Of a DNA stretch of 64,000 nucleotides, positions 46,032 to 55,775 are shown in pieces. The notes under the pieces are model-generated. The model searched no databases. It worked only from the letters and a program-made list of their open reading frames with translations, and was not told the origin of the DNA. The stretch's first letter is position 1, and each line of letters opens with the position of its first letter. Made by a program: the position numbers and the translations under genes. The stretch comes from an uncultured Candidatus Saccharibacteria bacterium (GTDB lineage Bacteria; Patescibacteriota; Minisyncoccia; Phycocordibacterales; CAIZLB01), in contig CAZKAF010000001.1 in NCBI GenBank assembly GCA_964550955.1, positions 174,728 to 238,727 on the forward strand, given 5' to 3'.

Positions 46032-46193
46032 GAAGGTCATGTCAGCGGCCCTTCGGCCCATCTCCAGAAAAAACGCCCTTCATGCTATCCGGCATCCGGG
46101 CGTTTTTTTGTCGGTTTATATATCCTGAGTTTTGTGAGAGAATATTGACGCAAGGCCCGCATCGGCTCAAGCCGTGCCTGGCCGCATATCACC

Positions 46194-46955
46194 ATGAAAG
46201 AATCACTCAACAGTCATGATCCTCTCGAGAGCTTGGGCGCTCATTTGTCCGAAGGCGAAAAGCCCATCGTGGCGTGCATCGGAATCGAATCGGAACATGA
46301 GGAATCGCTGCCTCAGGACATGAGTGTCATCTGGCAAAACGGCAAGCCTGAAAATGCGGTCAATGTCGATTACTACGATTCTGTTTCTGAAAAAATGGCG
46401 AAAGGCATGGTTAGCGGCGGACGGTACGAATATGTCATCTCCGGAATCGACGCCCGGGACAAATATTCTTCCGACCTTTACTCATGCCTGGGCCTGGTCG
46501 TCGTGGGGCGCGATATCGGGACGGGAAAAGATGTCTCGCTCATGCTTCATGCTCCCTTGTATAAGAAGGATGAATTGGAAGCGGAGTCGGGCCAAGTTCA
46601 GGCGTATGCCGAAGATTTGGATTTGGTAATCGGCGAAATGAAGGAGCAGTGCGAGCCGGGCAGCATCGATGCCGTCCTGTTCGGCGGATCGGTCAGCGCC
46701 TTGAATTACGACGAGGACGCGGAGCTGTACCATCAATCCGCGGAGTTTATCGACAGGCACGTCGCATCCGTCCTCGGATTCAAGCCGGTGCATGTCGGCG
46801 GCCCGAAAACTCCCATGATCGATTCCTTGCATCTGGATGAATCCGTCGCAGGAAGGGGAGACATCGCATATTTTGATACGGATGAAAGAAAGTTTTATGC
46901 CATCAGGCCTGATTACATGGAAGGTACCCAGCAGTTGCCCAAGCAAGGCAAATAA
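46194..46955 (+). CDS. hypothetical protein
   Basis: 253-aa acidic ORF with no recognisable motif. Confidence 0.45.
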   Translation: MKESLNSHDPLESLGAHLSEGEKPIVACIGIESEHEESLPQDMSVIWQNGKPENAVNVDYYDSVSEKMAKGMVSGGRYEYVISGIDARDKYSSDLYSCLGLVVVGRDIGTGKDVSLMLHAPLYKKDELEAESGQVQAYAEDLDLVIGEMKEQCEPGSIDAVLFGGSVSALNYDEDAELYHQSAEFIDRHVASVLGFKPVHVGGPKTPMIDSLHLDESVAGRGDIAYFDTDERKFYAIRPDYMEGTQQLPKQGK

Positions 46956-47291
46956 GAAAGGGGAGCGGGAAGTGGGTACACAAGGGCCGCCCTGTCGAAC
47001 ATGGGGCCTCTCGGCAAAGCATCGTCGCGCTACCGGGGCTACTGCCCTATCGGGAATCAAGGTTCCCTCATCATCGTTAAGAGAAATATTCCTCGCATTT
47101 CATAAGTTTGCAAGCTGCAATTTTCTTAAATAAAAATTTAAAACCAACCTGAAGGGGAAGAGAACGAATTTAAAATTCAGGCACTTGCATGCCGGCCTTT
47201 ACAGTCTGGCGGGGTGCCGGTAGCTTCGATTATATACATGTCGCACAATATGCCTTTTGCGACATACATATGTGAGAATAGCCCGTATTCT

Positions 47292-47337
47292 ATATAAAAA
47301 GGCCCGGATGCCGCACGCTGGGTGCATTGGCATCCGG
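47292..47337 (-). terminator. orphan intrinsic terminator (minus strand) inside a ~1-kb non-coding gap
   Basis: Perfect 9-bp stem CCGGATGCC…GGCATCCGG. On the minus strand it is followed by GCCTTTTTATATA. Confidence 0.45.
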
Positions 47338-47965
47338 ACCGAGCTCTTGATTTGGGCTCTTCCTCATCCCGATAATTTGGAATCATGCTCATCGGCTAAC
47401 ACTAAGCCAATTTGTTGCTGATTTTTTGCAGATTTCGGAAGCTGCGCGTTTGTGCAATCGTCGGCTAGTCATGCCGGACCTGATTATCGGAATTTGTTTT
47501 CTTGGTCAACCAGAGGTATCGGTCGAGACCTGGGTTCGTCAGCTGGTTGCGTATCAAAGTCTATACTAATTACCTTCCGTGTCAATTTCGAGCCTCCAGA
47601 ATCGATTTTAAGGCATCTGAAATTTTCTTCATGATACTTCGTCCATGCATGTGAATGGCAGGCCGCACCCGCACGCATTCTTGGGTCGCGTTCGGCCGAT
47701 TCTTCGGCTCGAACCTGAACTAAGTCCTTTCGAGCTCACGGGGTTTCACGCATCTGAGAATATAAATATAAGAAGAATCCCGCGAAAAAATGCAGGCAAG
47801 TCTATTGCAACTGATTTGCAATAATATGATATGAAGGGTACAGGATATGGCCCCGCTTACCGGTCAGGCTTTGCCGGTGCGTCGCATGACTACGTGCTGC
47901 ATTTATGAAATACACGGACTCGGGCTTTCTTCCGTCATTCTTCCTCACGTCTCTTCCCTCTCTCC

Positions 47966-48385
47966 TTATTCAGTCGTTTCCCCGTCAAAATCCTCGTCGT
48001 TTGCAGGATCTTCAGCCTCAGCTTTGGTGGCTCGGACTATCCCGTCTTTATGATGCGCCGGACTGTAGATTGTATAAAATTTGAGGTCTTCAGTTTCAGA
48101 CGTATTCAATACATTGTGCGCCGCTCCATGAGGAACGATGATTCCATCCCCGTCCTTCACCTCATACATCGCGTGGTTGATGATGACCCTGCCCTGCCCC
48201 GCATCGAATCTGAAAAATTGGTCATTGTCAGGATGCGTCTCGAGCCCTATTTCTTCGCCCGGCTTGAGCGACATGAGCACGAGCTGGATATGATCGTTCG
48301 TGTAAAGAACTCTTCTGAAATCGGTATTCGCGACAGTCTCTTCTTCCAATGCGACTTTGAAGCCGTGCTTAAGTTCTGGATCCAT
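47966..48385 (-). CDS. cupin-domain protein
   Basis: 139 aa. G(x)5HxH-like ETHPDNDQFFRFDAGQG and PHGAAHNVLN cupin motifs. Confidence 0.65.
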   Translation of the reverse strand: MDPELKHGFKVALEEETVANTDFRRVLYTNDHIQLVLMSLKPGEEIGLETHPDNDQFFRFDAGQGRVIINHAMYEVKDGDGIIVPHGAAHNVLNTSETEDLKFYTIYSPAHHKDGIVRATKAEAEDPANDEDFDGETTE

Positions 48386-48405
48386 GTTTTTATTTAGCTA
48401 ATTTA

Positions 48406-48645
48406 TTAAAATAATCCTTTGATAAAGGCGACAATTTCGAGAATGTCAGCCCATACGAGCTTCAGGAGGCTGATCATGTATGCGCCGAAGTCCTGAACCC
48501 AAGGCTTGGCGAGGACTTCTGAAATGTCGATGCCGAACACCCTCAGAAGCACCAGCGCGATGATGACGACGACTATCAGCTCGAGAAAGCCTCTTTGCCC
48601 GTGCTTATAATGATTTTTCCTATTTTCTCTGCTTGGCGATTCCAT
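48406..48645 (-). CDS. small membrane protein
   Basis: 79-aa ORF with two hydrophobic segments, immediately downstream of asnB. Confidence 0.35.
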   Translation of the reverse strand: MESPSRENRKNHYKHGQRGFLELIVVVIIALVLLRVFGIDISEVLAKPWVQDFGAYMISLLKLVWADILEIVAFIKGLF

Positions 48646-50500
48646 GATTTTTTATGAATGCATTATACCACATCGCGAGCATGAGAAGCGCGTAAATCTT
48701 CCGCGCATTGTCCTTCCGGCCGTCGATGTGGTCCTGAATCAGGGAGTCCACGTAGTCCTCGTCGAACTTTTCCTTGACGTAGTCGTTCTCCTTGATGATT
48801 CGCTCTATCTCGTCCGGCCGGTCTTTTATCCACTGCTTGATGGGCGTCGGAAATCCGAGCTTCTTTCTTTGGGCCGTTTCCTTCGGCAGGACGCCCTCGA
48901 AGGCTTTCCTCAGGATGTGCTTCGTGGCGCCGTCCTTGTACTTGAGCGAATCCGGAATTCTGGCCGAGATCTTCGAAACTTCGATGTCCAGGAACGGGAC
49001 TCGGAGCTCGAGCGAATGGGCCATCGTCATCTTGTCCGCCTTGGCGAGAATGTCTCCGGGCAGCCAGAAGTTGATGTCGATGTACTGCATCTTTCTCGAG
49101 TCGCTCTCGTTTCTCGCGACGTCGAAGTACGGCTTCATGTCTATCATTTTCGGAGGCATTCCCTTGTACATTTTCTGAACTTCATGCAGCTTGAAGATGT
49201 AGGCGTTGCCGATGTATCGCTCCTCGACCGTCTTGAGCGCCCGCTTGATGTAGTTCAGGCCGTAAAGCTCGAATGGAAGCTTGCTCAGCGGCTTCAGGAA
49301 AATTTTCAAGAAAGAAGGAAGCTTTTGGATGCGGGCGATGTCGAAAGGCTCCCTGTAAATATTGTATCCGCCGAACAGCTCGTCCGCCCCTTCGCCCGAG
49401 AGGACCACCTTGACTTTCTTCCGCGCCTCGCGTGCCAGAAAGTACAAGGCCACGGCCGAAGGATCCGCGACGGGCTCGTCAAAGTGCCAGGTGATGTCTT
49501 CAAGCGCGCTGAAGTATTCGTCAAACTTGACGTGAACCTCGGTGTGGTCCGTATGAATCGAATCTGAAACCTGCCTCGCCTCGTCGTGCTCGCTCACGTG
49601 GTCGAAGCCTATGGTGAACGTCGAAACCGGCTTCTGGCCGCCCTTCTTTCGCAGGTTCTGGACCGTGCTGACGATGATTCCGCTGTCCACTCCGCCCGAA
49701 AGGAATGAACCTACGGGCACGTCGCTTATGAGATGGTGCTTGACGGAATCCTCGACCACTTTCTTGATTTCCTTCGCCAGGCTTTCCTCGTCCTGCTCGG
49801 TCTCGGACGGCCATTCGTTCTTGTTGAAATGGTAATGCCAATACGGCTCGATCTTGAAGTCGCCGGTATCCAGGTCGACGGTCATGTAGTGGCCCGGAGG
49901 GAGCTTGAAGATGTCCTTGAACATCGTTTCCTCAAGCGGGTTGTATTGGAACGAAAGATAGTTTCGCACTGCCTCGTCGTTCACTTTCGGGACGAAGCTC
50001 CTGTCTTCGAGGATCGACTTTATTTCGGATCCGAAGCTGGCGAACTTCCTGTCCTTGACCCTGTAATACATCGGCTTGATGCCGAAAAAGTCCCGGGCTA
50101 TGAAGAGCTGATTTTTCTTCTCGTCAAAAATGCAGAAGCCGAACATGCCGCGCAGCTTCTTGACCATATCCTTCCCGTATTGCTCGTAGAGGTGAACCAG
50201 GCCCTCGGTGTCGCTCTCGGTCTTGAAGGCATGCCCGAAAGAGATGAGCTCCGGCCGAAGCTCCCTGTGATTGTAGATTTCGCCGTTGAATACGACCGTG
50301 ACGGTGCCGTCTTCGTTCGAGATGGGCTGATGCCCTCCGCCGAGATCGATAATGGAGAGCCTCCGCATTCCGAATGCGAATTTCTTGTCTATGTGCACTC
50401 CTCTGTCGTCCGGTCCTCTATGCGCAATAACGTCAACCATCTTGTCGATGATTTTTTTTGTCTGTTCCGGCTTTCCGATTGTTCCTGTAATTCCGCACAT
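48620..50500 (-). CDS. asnB: asparagine synthetase B (glutamine-hydrolysing)
   Basis: MCGITG catalytic N-terminal Cys, and SGGVDSG in the PP-loop synthetase domain. The start is set at the Met preceding Cys2, not the upstream ORF-track start. Confidence 0.9.
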   Translation of the reverse strand: MCGITGTIGKPEQTKKIIDKMVDVIAHRGPDDRGVHIDKKFAFGMRRLSIIDLGGGHQPISNEDGTVTVVFNGEIYNHRELRPELISFGHAFKTESDTEGLVHLYEQYGKDMVKKLRGMFGFCIFDEKKNQLFIARDFFGIKPMYYRVKDRKFASFGSEIKSILEDRSFVPKVNDEAVRNYLSFQYNPLEETMFKDIFKLPPGHYMTVDLDTGDFKIEPYWHYHFNKNEWPSETEQDEESLAKEIKKVVEDSVKHHLISDVPVGSFLSGGVDSGIIVSTVQNLRKKGGQKPVSTFTIGFDHVSEHDEARQVSDSIHTDHTEVHVKFDEYFSALEDITWHFDEPVADPSAVALYFLAREARKKVKVVLSGEGADELFGGYNIYREPFDIARIQKLPSFLKIFLKPLSKLPFELYGLNYIKRALKTVEERYIGNAYIFKLHEVQKMYKGMPPKMIDMKPYFDVARNESDSRKMQYIDINFWLPGDILAKADKMTMAHSLELRVPFLDIEVSKISARIPDSLKYKDGATKHILRKAFEGVLPKETAQRKKLGFPTPIKQWIKDRPDEIERIIKENDYVKEKFDEDYVDSLIQDHIDGRKDNARKIYALLMLAMWYNAFIKNHGIAKQRK

Positions 50501-50519
50501 GCTGCTGATGATTATATTT

Positions 50520-51806
50520 TTATTTCTTCGGAAGGTAAAGGGCCGGGTCCAGATATGCCTCAATCGGCGCGATCGGCATGGTGTATACCCTGCCTCCGCA
50601 GCTTATGCTCGGCCTGTCCTGAACCTGCACCGCGTCTGCCGCATAGATGCCGAGGTGAAGGTGCGGGCCGGTCGAATAGCCCGTATTTCCTGAAAGCCCG
50701 ATGACTTCGCCTGCCGCCACCTGCTGCCCCGCCTTGACGTTTATGACGGACAGGTGGGCATAGAGGGATGAGAGGCCGTTATTGTGCCTGACGAGTATCC
50801 AGCGGCCAAATGAGGCCCCTTTGCAGGCGATGTCGGTGTCGCCCTGTCCCATGACGACCCCTGACTGCACGGACTTGACCGGCGTGCCGATTTTGGCGCC
50901 GAAGTCCATGCCGTTATGCGATCCTGAAACGTAGAGCCGCTGAGCCGCCACCGTCCGGCCGAACTGCTGGGTAATCCTGACGTCGTCGAGGGGCCACTGA
51001 AGCGGGCCGGATCCCGCCTGAGGAATGCTCGTCGGATCAAGGGTGTACTTGAGCTTGGATTCGAAATCGAAGAGCTCCTTTTCGGTCGCCGCCCTGAGCG
51101 CTACCTTGTCCTTGAGTATCCTTTGGTATTCCTGCTCCTGATTTTTCGTTTCCTTCAGGATCTTGTCCTGCTCGCTCTTCGTGTAGTCGACCGCCTTTCT
51201 TTGCCCTGACAGGTCTTCCTGGAGCTTGACCAGCTCCTGCTTCTTCTCTTCCTGCGAAAGCTTGCTGTTGCTCAATATTGCCTGCTCCCTTCTTGATTCC
51301 TCAATGAGCCTCTGGAGCGCGGCGCTGAAGTTCATTTGGGAGTTTATTTCCTCGAGGGTCGTCGAGAGGTTCTGATTATTCAAAAGTATCTCGACCAGGT
51401 TCGTCTGGTCGGACATGTACATGTTCCTGATCGATTCGGCGATGCTCTTTCGGCTCATGTCCACCTTGCTTTCCGACTCGTCGATGTTCAGGTCGAGCCT
51501 CCGGATGTCCAAGTTCGCCGCTTCTATCTTCTCGCGAATTTTCCGTATCTCGAGGTCGATGGATTTCGCGTTGTTTTCCAGCTGCTTGATTCGGGCCTGA
51601 AGCGTCTTGGCTTCCTGCCCCGTCTTGTCCGCCAGCGCCTCGAATTCCTTGATTTCCCTGTTCAGCTGCTCGATGTTCGCGTTCTTCTCCTGAATGGCCC
51701 TTTGAAGCTGCTCCGCCTCGGTCTGGGCGTTCAGGCTCGCTCCCGCGAACGATGCGAGGATGATTCCTATGATGATGAGTATGTGTTTTATTTTTTGAGC
51801 GGGCAT
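50520..51806 (-). CDS. M23-family murein endopeptidase with N-terminal coiled coil (EnvC-like)
   Basis: Signal/TM, about 250 aa of heptad-rich coiled coil, and M23 motifs HNGMDFG and GYSTGPHLHLGIY. Confidence 0.8.
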   Translation of the reverse strand: MPAQKIKHILIIIGIILASFAGASLNAQTEAEQLQRAIQEKNANIEQLNREIKEFEALADKTGQEAKTLQARIKQLENNAKSIDLEIRKIREKIEAANLDIRRLDLNIDESESKVDMSRKSIAESIRNMYMSDQTNLVEILLNNQNLSTTLEEINSQMNFSAALQRLIEESRREQAILSNSKLSQEEKKQELVKLQEDLSGQRKAVDYTKSEQDKILKETKNQEQEYQRILKDKVALRAATEKELFDFESKLKYTLDPTSIPQAGSGPLQWPLDDVRITQQFGRTVAAQRLYVSGSHNGMDFGAKIGTPVKSVQSGVVMGQGDTDIACKGASFGRWILVRHNNGLSSLYAHLSVINVKAGQQVAAGEVIGLSGNTGYSTGPHLHLGIYAADAVQVQDRPSISCGGRVYTMPIAPIEAYLDPALYLPKK

Positions 51807-51822
51807 TGCGTGGTATCTCTGA

Positions 51823-53325
51823 TTAGCGTATCTTTTCCCGGGCAGCTTTTAATCTTTGGATCGTCTCGTCCTGGCCGAGTATCGAGCACATGGCGAACGG
51901 GTCGGGCGACTTTTCCTTGCCGGTCAAGGCCGTTCGCACCGCCCATAGCACTATTCCTCTTCCTTCCTGATCCGCATAGTCCCAGAGAATGCTTCTGTAA
52001 TCTTCAGGCGAAGCGTCTGCGCTCGGATTTGCGGAACGTATGAGATTTTCAGCGTGCTCAAGAACCTTTTTAATATCTATTAGTCCCGCCTCTTTGCCTT
52101 TTCGAAGCTTTTCCGGACATAATAATAACTCAACAGTATATTCAGGTTGCATGAAGAAATAATGAAGGTCGCCTGAATCAAGCATTTGGTGGATTTCCCC
52201 GAAGACGGAGATTCGCTCCTGAAGAATTGGCAGGATGCCTTTCATTTTTCTTTCGTATGCCGGATCGTTTTTGAACTGGTCAGGCAGTATTTTTTCCACT
52301 TCGGCTTGGAATTCTGCGGTTGCAAGCTTTCGCAGATGCTCCTTGTTGAACCAGAGGAGCTTCTCCTCGTTGAGCTGCCCTCCGGCCTTCTGGATGCCGG
52401 GAAGATCGAAAGCTTCTATGAATTCGCTTGGTGTAAATACTTCCCGGTCATCGCCAGGATTCCATCCGATAAAGGCGAGAAAATTGACCATTGCATCAGG
52501 AAGAAAACCTTCCTCCTTATACGCAAGAATGTCCTTCGCGCCGTCTCTCTTGCCGAGCTTCTTCTTTCCGTCCGGACCCATGATCGGCGGCAGCGTTATG
52601 AACTTCGGCGGAGTGATTTCAAGCGCTTCATACAGCGCCAGGAATTTTGGAGTTGATGAAATGAACTCGTCTGCCCTGAAAATATGCGTCGCGCCCATGT
52701 ACAGGTCGTCTATGATATGCGCGAAGTTATATGTCGGGTATCCGTCGCTTTTCATCAGTATAAAATCGTCGAGAGCTTCGGGTCCTGCTTCAAGGTCTCC
52801 CCGGACCTCGTCATGCCATTTGCTCGTCCTTATGTCCTGGATTTTCAGCCTAAGAGGCTTCGTTCCGTCCCATGCAGGAGGATTTTCAGGCCGATAATTT
52901 CTATATAAGAAAGGTTTCTTGTCCGCTTCAGCCTGCTTTCTGAAAGCGTCTAATTCTTCAGGCGTGTACGGGTCTGCGTACGCCAAGCCCTTGTCGGCGA
53001 GCATTTGCGCGTATTTTTTGTACGTGCCGAGCCGTTCTGACTGGATATACGGCGCATTCGGGCCGCCGATGTCCGGCCCCTCGTTCCAGTCTATGCCAAG
53101 CCATCTGAGCGACTGCATTATCTGCTCGATGGACCCTTCGACTTCCCGCGCCTTGTCAGTGTCTTCTATGCGAAGTATGAAAGTGCCGTCATGCTTTTTA
53201 GCAAAGGCCCACGCATAAAGGGCCGTTCGGACGCCTCCGACGTGCATGAATCCTGTCGGCGAAGGAGCGAATCTCGTTACTATCTTTTCTGGTGCTTGTG
53301 CTGGTTGCGTCATTTTATTTTTCAT
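51823..53325 (-). CDS. gltX: glutamyl-tRNA synthetase
   Basis: RFAPSPTGFMHVGGVRTALYAW (HIGH region) and a KMSKS-like KLGKRDG. Confidence 0.9.
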   Translation of the reverse strand: MKNKMTQPAQAPEKIVTRFAPSPTGFMHVGGVRTALYAWAFAKKHDGTFILRIEDTDKAREVEGSIEQIMQSLRWLGIDWNEGPDIGGPNAPYIQSERLGTYKKYAQMLADKGLAYADPYTPEELDAFRKQAEADKKPFLYRNYRPENPPAWDGTKPLRLKIQDIRTSKWHDEVRGDLEAGPEALDDFILMKSDGYPTYNFAHIIDDLYMGATHIFRADEFISSTPKFLALYEALEITPPKFITLPPIMGPDGKKKLGKRDGAKDILAYKEEGFLPDAMVNFLAFIGWNPGDDREVFTPSEFIEAFDLPGIQKAGGQLNEEKLLWFNKEHLRKLATAEFQAEVEKILPDQFKNDPAYERKMKGILPILQERISVFGEIHQMLDSGDLHYFFMQPEYTVELLLCPEKLRKGKEAGLIDIKKVLEHAENLIRSANPSADASPEDYRSILWDYADQEGRGIVLWAVRTALTGKEKSPDPFAMCSILGQDETIQRLKAAREKIR

Positions 53326-54454
53326 GTCGAAGCGCGATTTTTAAAATTTCCTGCGCGATGAGTCCGGCCGAATCAACCCGGGCGAAATTCCGCGAGCTGT
53401 TCCTCATTCGTTCCGCGAGCTTTCCGTCAGTCATCACCCGATCGATCTCGTTAAGGATGATCTCGGGGCTCAAGTTGGATTCTTCTATGACGATGGAACC
53501 GGTATCCCGGGCGAAGTTGTAGGAGTTCTTTCTCTGGTGGTCGCCGTTCGAGTTCGTGATCGGAATGAGGATGCTCGGAATTCCCCAAAGGGCTATCTCG
53601 AAGATGGTCGATCCTCCTCTCGAGATGATGAGCGACGCTACCCCTGCCGACATTCGCATGGCGAGATTGTTCATGTAATCGATCGGATGATACCGTTCCT
53701 TGCGCTGGCTGTCCCTGAGGATCACGTCCGCGGTTCTTGAAACTTCCGCGAAGTTCGCCTTGCCGGTCTGATGGATGACCTGATATTTTTCGACCAGCTT
53801 CGGAAGGGCTGTCAGCACGGCGTCGTTGATGACGCGCGCTCCCTGCGATCCTCCGAGGATGAGGATGACCGGAGCGTCCGTCTCGAGGTTCAGGTATTCC
53901 ATCGCGCCCGTGGTAAGCGGCTCGCGGATTTCCTTCCGAACGGGATTTCCCGTGTAGGCCGTCTTGTCCTTCGGGAAAAAATGCGCCGCCTCCTTGTATG
54001 AAAGGGCTACCCTCTGCGCGAATTTTCCGGCCCATGCGTTGACTCTTCCCGGGACGCTGTCCGACTCATGGATCACGACCGGGATGCCGAGCACGCGGGC
54101 GGCCATGAGCGCGGGAAAGCTCGTGTATCCGCCTTTGGCAAAGACGACATCCGGAAAAATGAAGAAGAGCTTGATCGTTGCTGAAATCACCCCGAGGCCC
54201 ATCTTGAACGCGTCTATGAGGTTGAGAATCTTCGAAAAGCCTGAAGGCTTGATTCGCTTTTTTCCTGCCATGACCGGCACGAACTCGATATCCCTGTCAA
54301 AGAGCGCTTTCGGATTGTAGGGATCCGGGGCCATGAAGTAGAGCTTCGGCTCGAGAATCTTCTCCCTTTTGCAGATTTCCTGTATTTCCTCCGCGACGGC
54401 GATCAAAGGGTAAAAGTGCCCGCCCGATCCTCCTCCGGTCATGAGTATTTTCAT
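53315..54454 (-). CDS. murG: undecaprenyldiphospho-muramoylpentapeptide beta-N-acetylglucosaminyltransferase MurG
   Basis: MKILMTGGGSGGHFYPLIAV N-terminus and GT-B fold length. Confidence 0.9.
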   Translation of the reverse strand: MKILMTGGGSGGHFYPLIAVAEEIQEICKREKILEPKLYFMAPDPYNPKALFDRDIEFVPVMAGKKRIKPSGFSKILNLIDAFKMGLGVISATIKLFFIFPDVVFAKGGYTSFPALMAARVLGIPVVIHESDSVPGRVNAWAGKFAQRVALSYKEAAHFFPKDKTAYTGNPVRKEIREPLTTGAMEYLNLETDAPVILILGGSQGARVINDAVLTALPKLVEKYQVIHQTGKANFAEVSRTADVILRDSQRKERYHPIDYMNNLAMRMSAGVASLIISRGGSTIFEIALWGIPSILIPITNSNGDHQRKNSYNFARDTGSIVIEESNLSPEIILNEIDRVMTDGKLAERMRNSSRNFARVDSAGLIAQEILKIALRHEK

Positions 54455-54565
54455 ATGCCATTCAGTATATCACGGCTTAATTGCAAGGGAAAATGGCGTA
54501 TTGCACATGTTTTCGAGTGAGAATCCGGGTTTCTGCCCAATCATTGCATGCATGAGGAGATTCTT

Positions 54566-55732
54566 TCAGGAAGAGCCCTTCTTCTGATATTTTGAAACGT
54601 TCAGGATGATGCCGACCGAAGCCAGCGCGAAGAAAAGGGCCGTCCCTCCGTGAGATATGAAAAGCAGCGGCGTGCCGGCCAGCGGAATGATGGCGAGCAT
54701 GGCGGCAATGTTGAGGAATGACTGGATGATGATGAGCGACACGATGCCGATGACCAGGAACGTCCCGAACAGGTCCGGCGAGCGGAGCGCGATCTTGAAT
54801 CCCCTGAAGGCGAATACGACATAGAGCAGGATGATTGAGACCGATCCGACGAATCCGAACTCCTCGCTCGCGACCGCGAATATCGAGTCCCCGATCGGTT
54901 CCGGCAGGAAATTGAATTTCTGGATGCTCTGGCCGAAGCCTCTTCCGAACATTCCGCCCGATCCTATGGCGATGAGCGATTGCTGAATCTGGTATCCGCT
55001 TCCCGTCGGGTCCCTCGAAGGGTCGACGAATGTCATTACTCGCTGCTTCAGGTACGGCCTTTGCGATACGAGCAATGCCAGGGCCAAGGCTCCGACAAGC
55101 CCCATCAGGAACATGTCCCTCCAGCTTCCTCCGGCCGTGAGGAAGATGCAAAGTCCCGCAAGCGCGATGACCATGAAGGTGTCCGTGTCCGGCTGGGTGA
55201 GAACGATCGCGCCCGTGACGGCGACGAGTATGAGAAACGGCACCGTGCCGAGCCTGAACGTGGAGGCCTTGCCCTTTACCGACGCGAGCCATGCGGACAA
55301 GTACATGACGAAGGCTATCTTGTATATTTCGGCAGGCTGAAATGTCGTGAATCCGATGTCTATCCAGCGGCACGCGCCCTTCGCGCAAAACTGCACTCCC
55401 GGTATGAATACGCCGAGCATGATGATTACCGACGCGATGAAGATGGCGAACGCGTATTTTCTCCAGAACGTGTAATTGATCCGGGACGTTATGAAGCAGG
55501 CTACGCTTCCTCCTATCAGCCCGAAGACGACTTGGCTGAACGCTGCCGCCTCGAATCGCGCCGCTCCCCTTGTCAGGAGCCCGAGCGAGGCGGAAATGAA
55601 TATGAAAAAGCCTGCCACGACCAGGATGACCGACGTGGCGAGAAATATTTTGTCTGATTTTTTTGCTTTCAATGGTGCCATTTTGTTTTGAATGCTTCCT
55701 GCTGCATGATTCCCCGCCCCATGGCGGTTCAT
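54566..55732 (-). CDS. ftsW: SEDS-family peptidoglycan glycosyltransferase, FtsW by position
   Basis: 388 aa with about 10 TM helices. It sits between mraY and murG. Confidence 0.8.
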   Translation of the reverse strand: MNRHGAGNHAAGSIQNKMAPLKAKKSDKIFLATSVILVVAGFFIFISASLGLLTRGAARFEAAAFSQVVFGLIGGSVACFITSRINYTFWRKYAFAIFIASVIIMLGVFIPGVQFCAKGACRWIDIGFTTFQPAEIYKIAFVMYLSAWLASVKGKASTFRLGTVPFLILVAVTGAIVLTQPDTDTFMVIALAGLCIFLTAGGSWRDMFLMGLVGALALALLVSQRPYLKQRVMTFVDPSRDPTGSGYQIQQSLIAIGSGGMFGRGFGQSIQKFNFLPEPIGDSIFAVASEEFGFVGSVSIILLYVVFAFRGFKIALRSPDLFGTFLVIGIVSLIIIQSFLNIAAMLAIIPLAGTPLLFISHGGTALFFALASVGIILNVSKYQKKGSS

Positions 55733-55775
55733 GCCCTCAGCTCCCCTCCCTGTCCTTGCCTTCCCCGGCCTTTCG

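Noticed and set aside
47640-47760. tRNA-like or tmRNA-like T-arm (TTCGG-CTCGAAC-CTGAA, GGGGTTTCAC) in the 47-kb gap
   Set aside because: There is no acceptor stem or CCA-proximal complement, and no tag-ORF-like region. It does not fold into a tRNA-like domain by hand.
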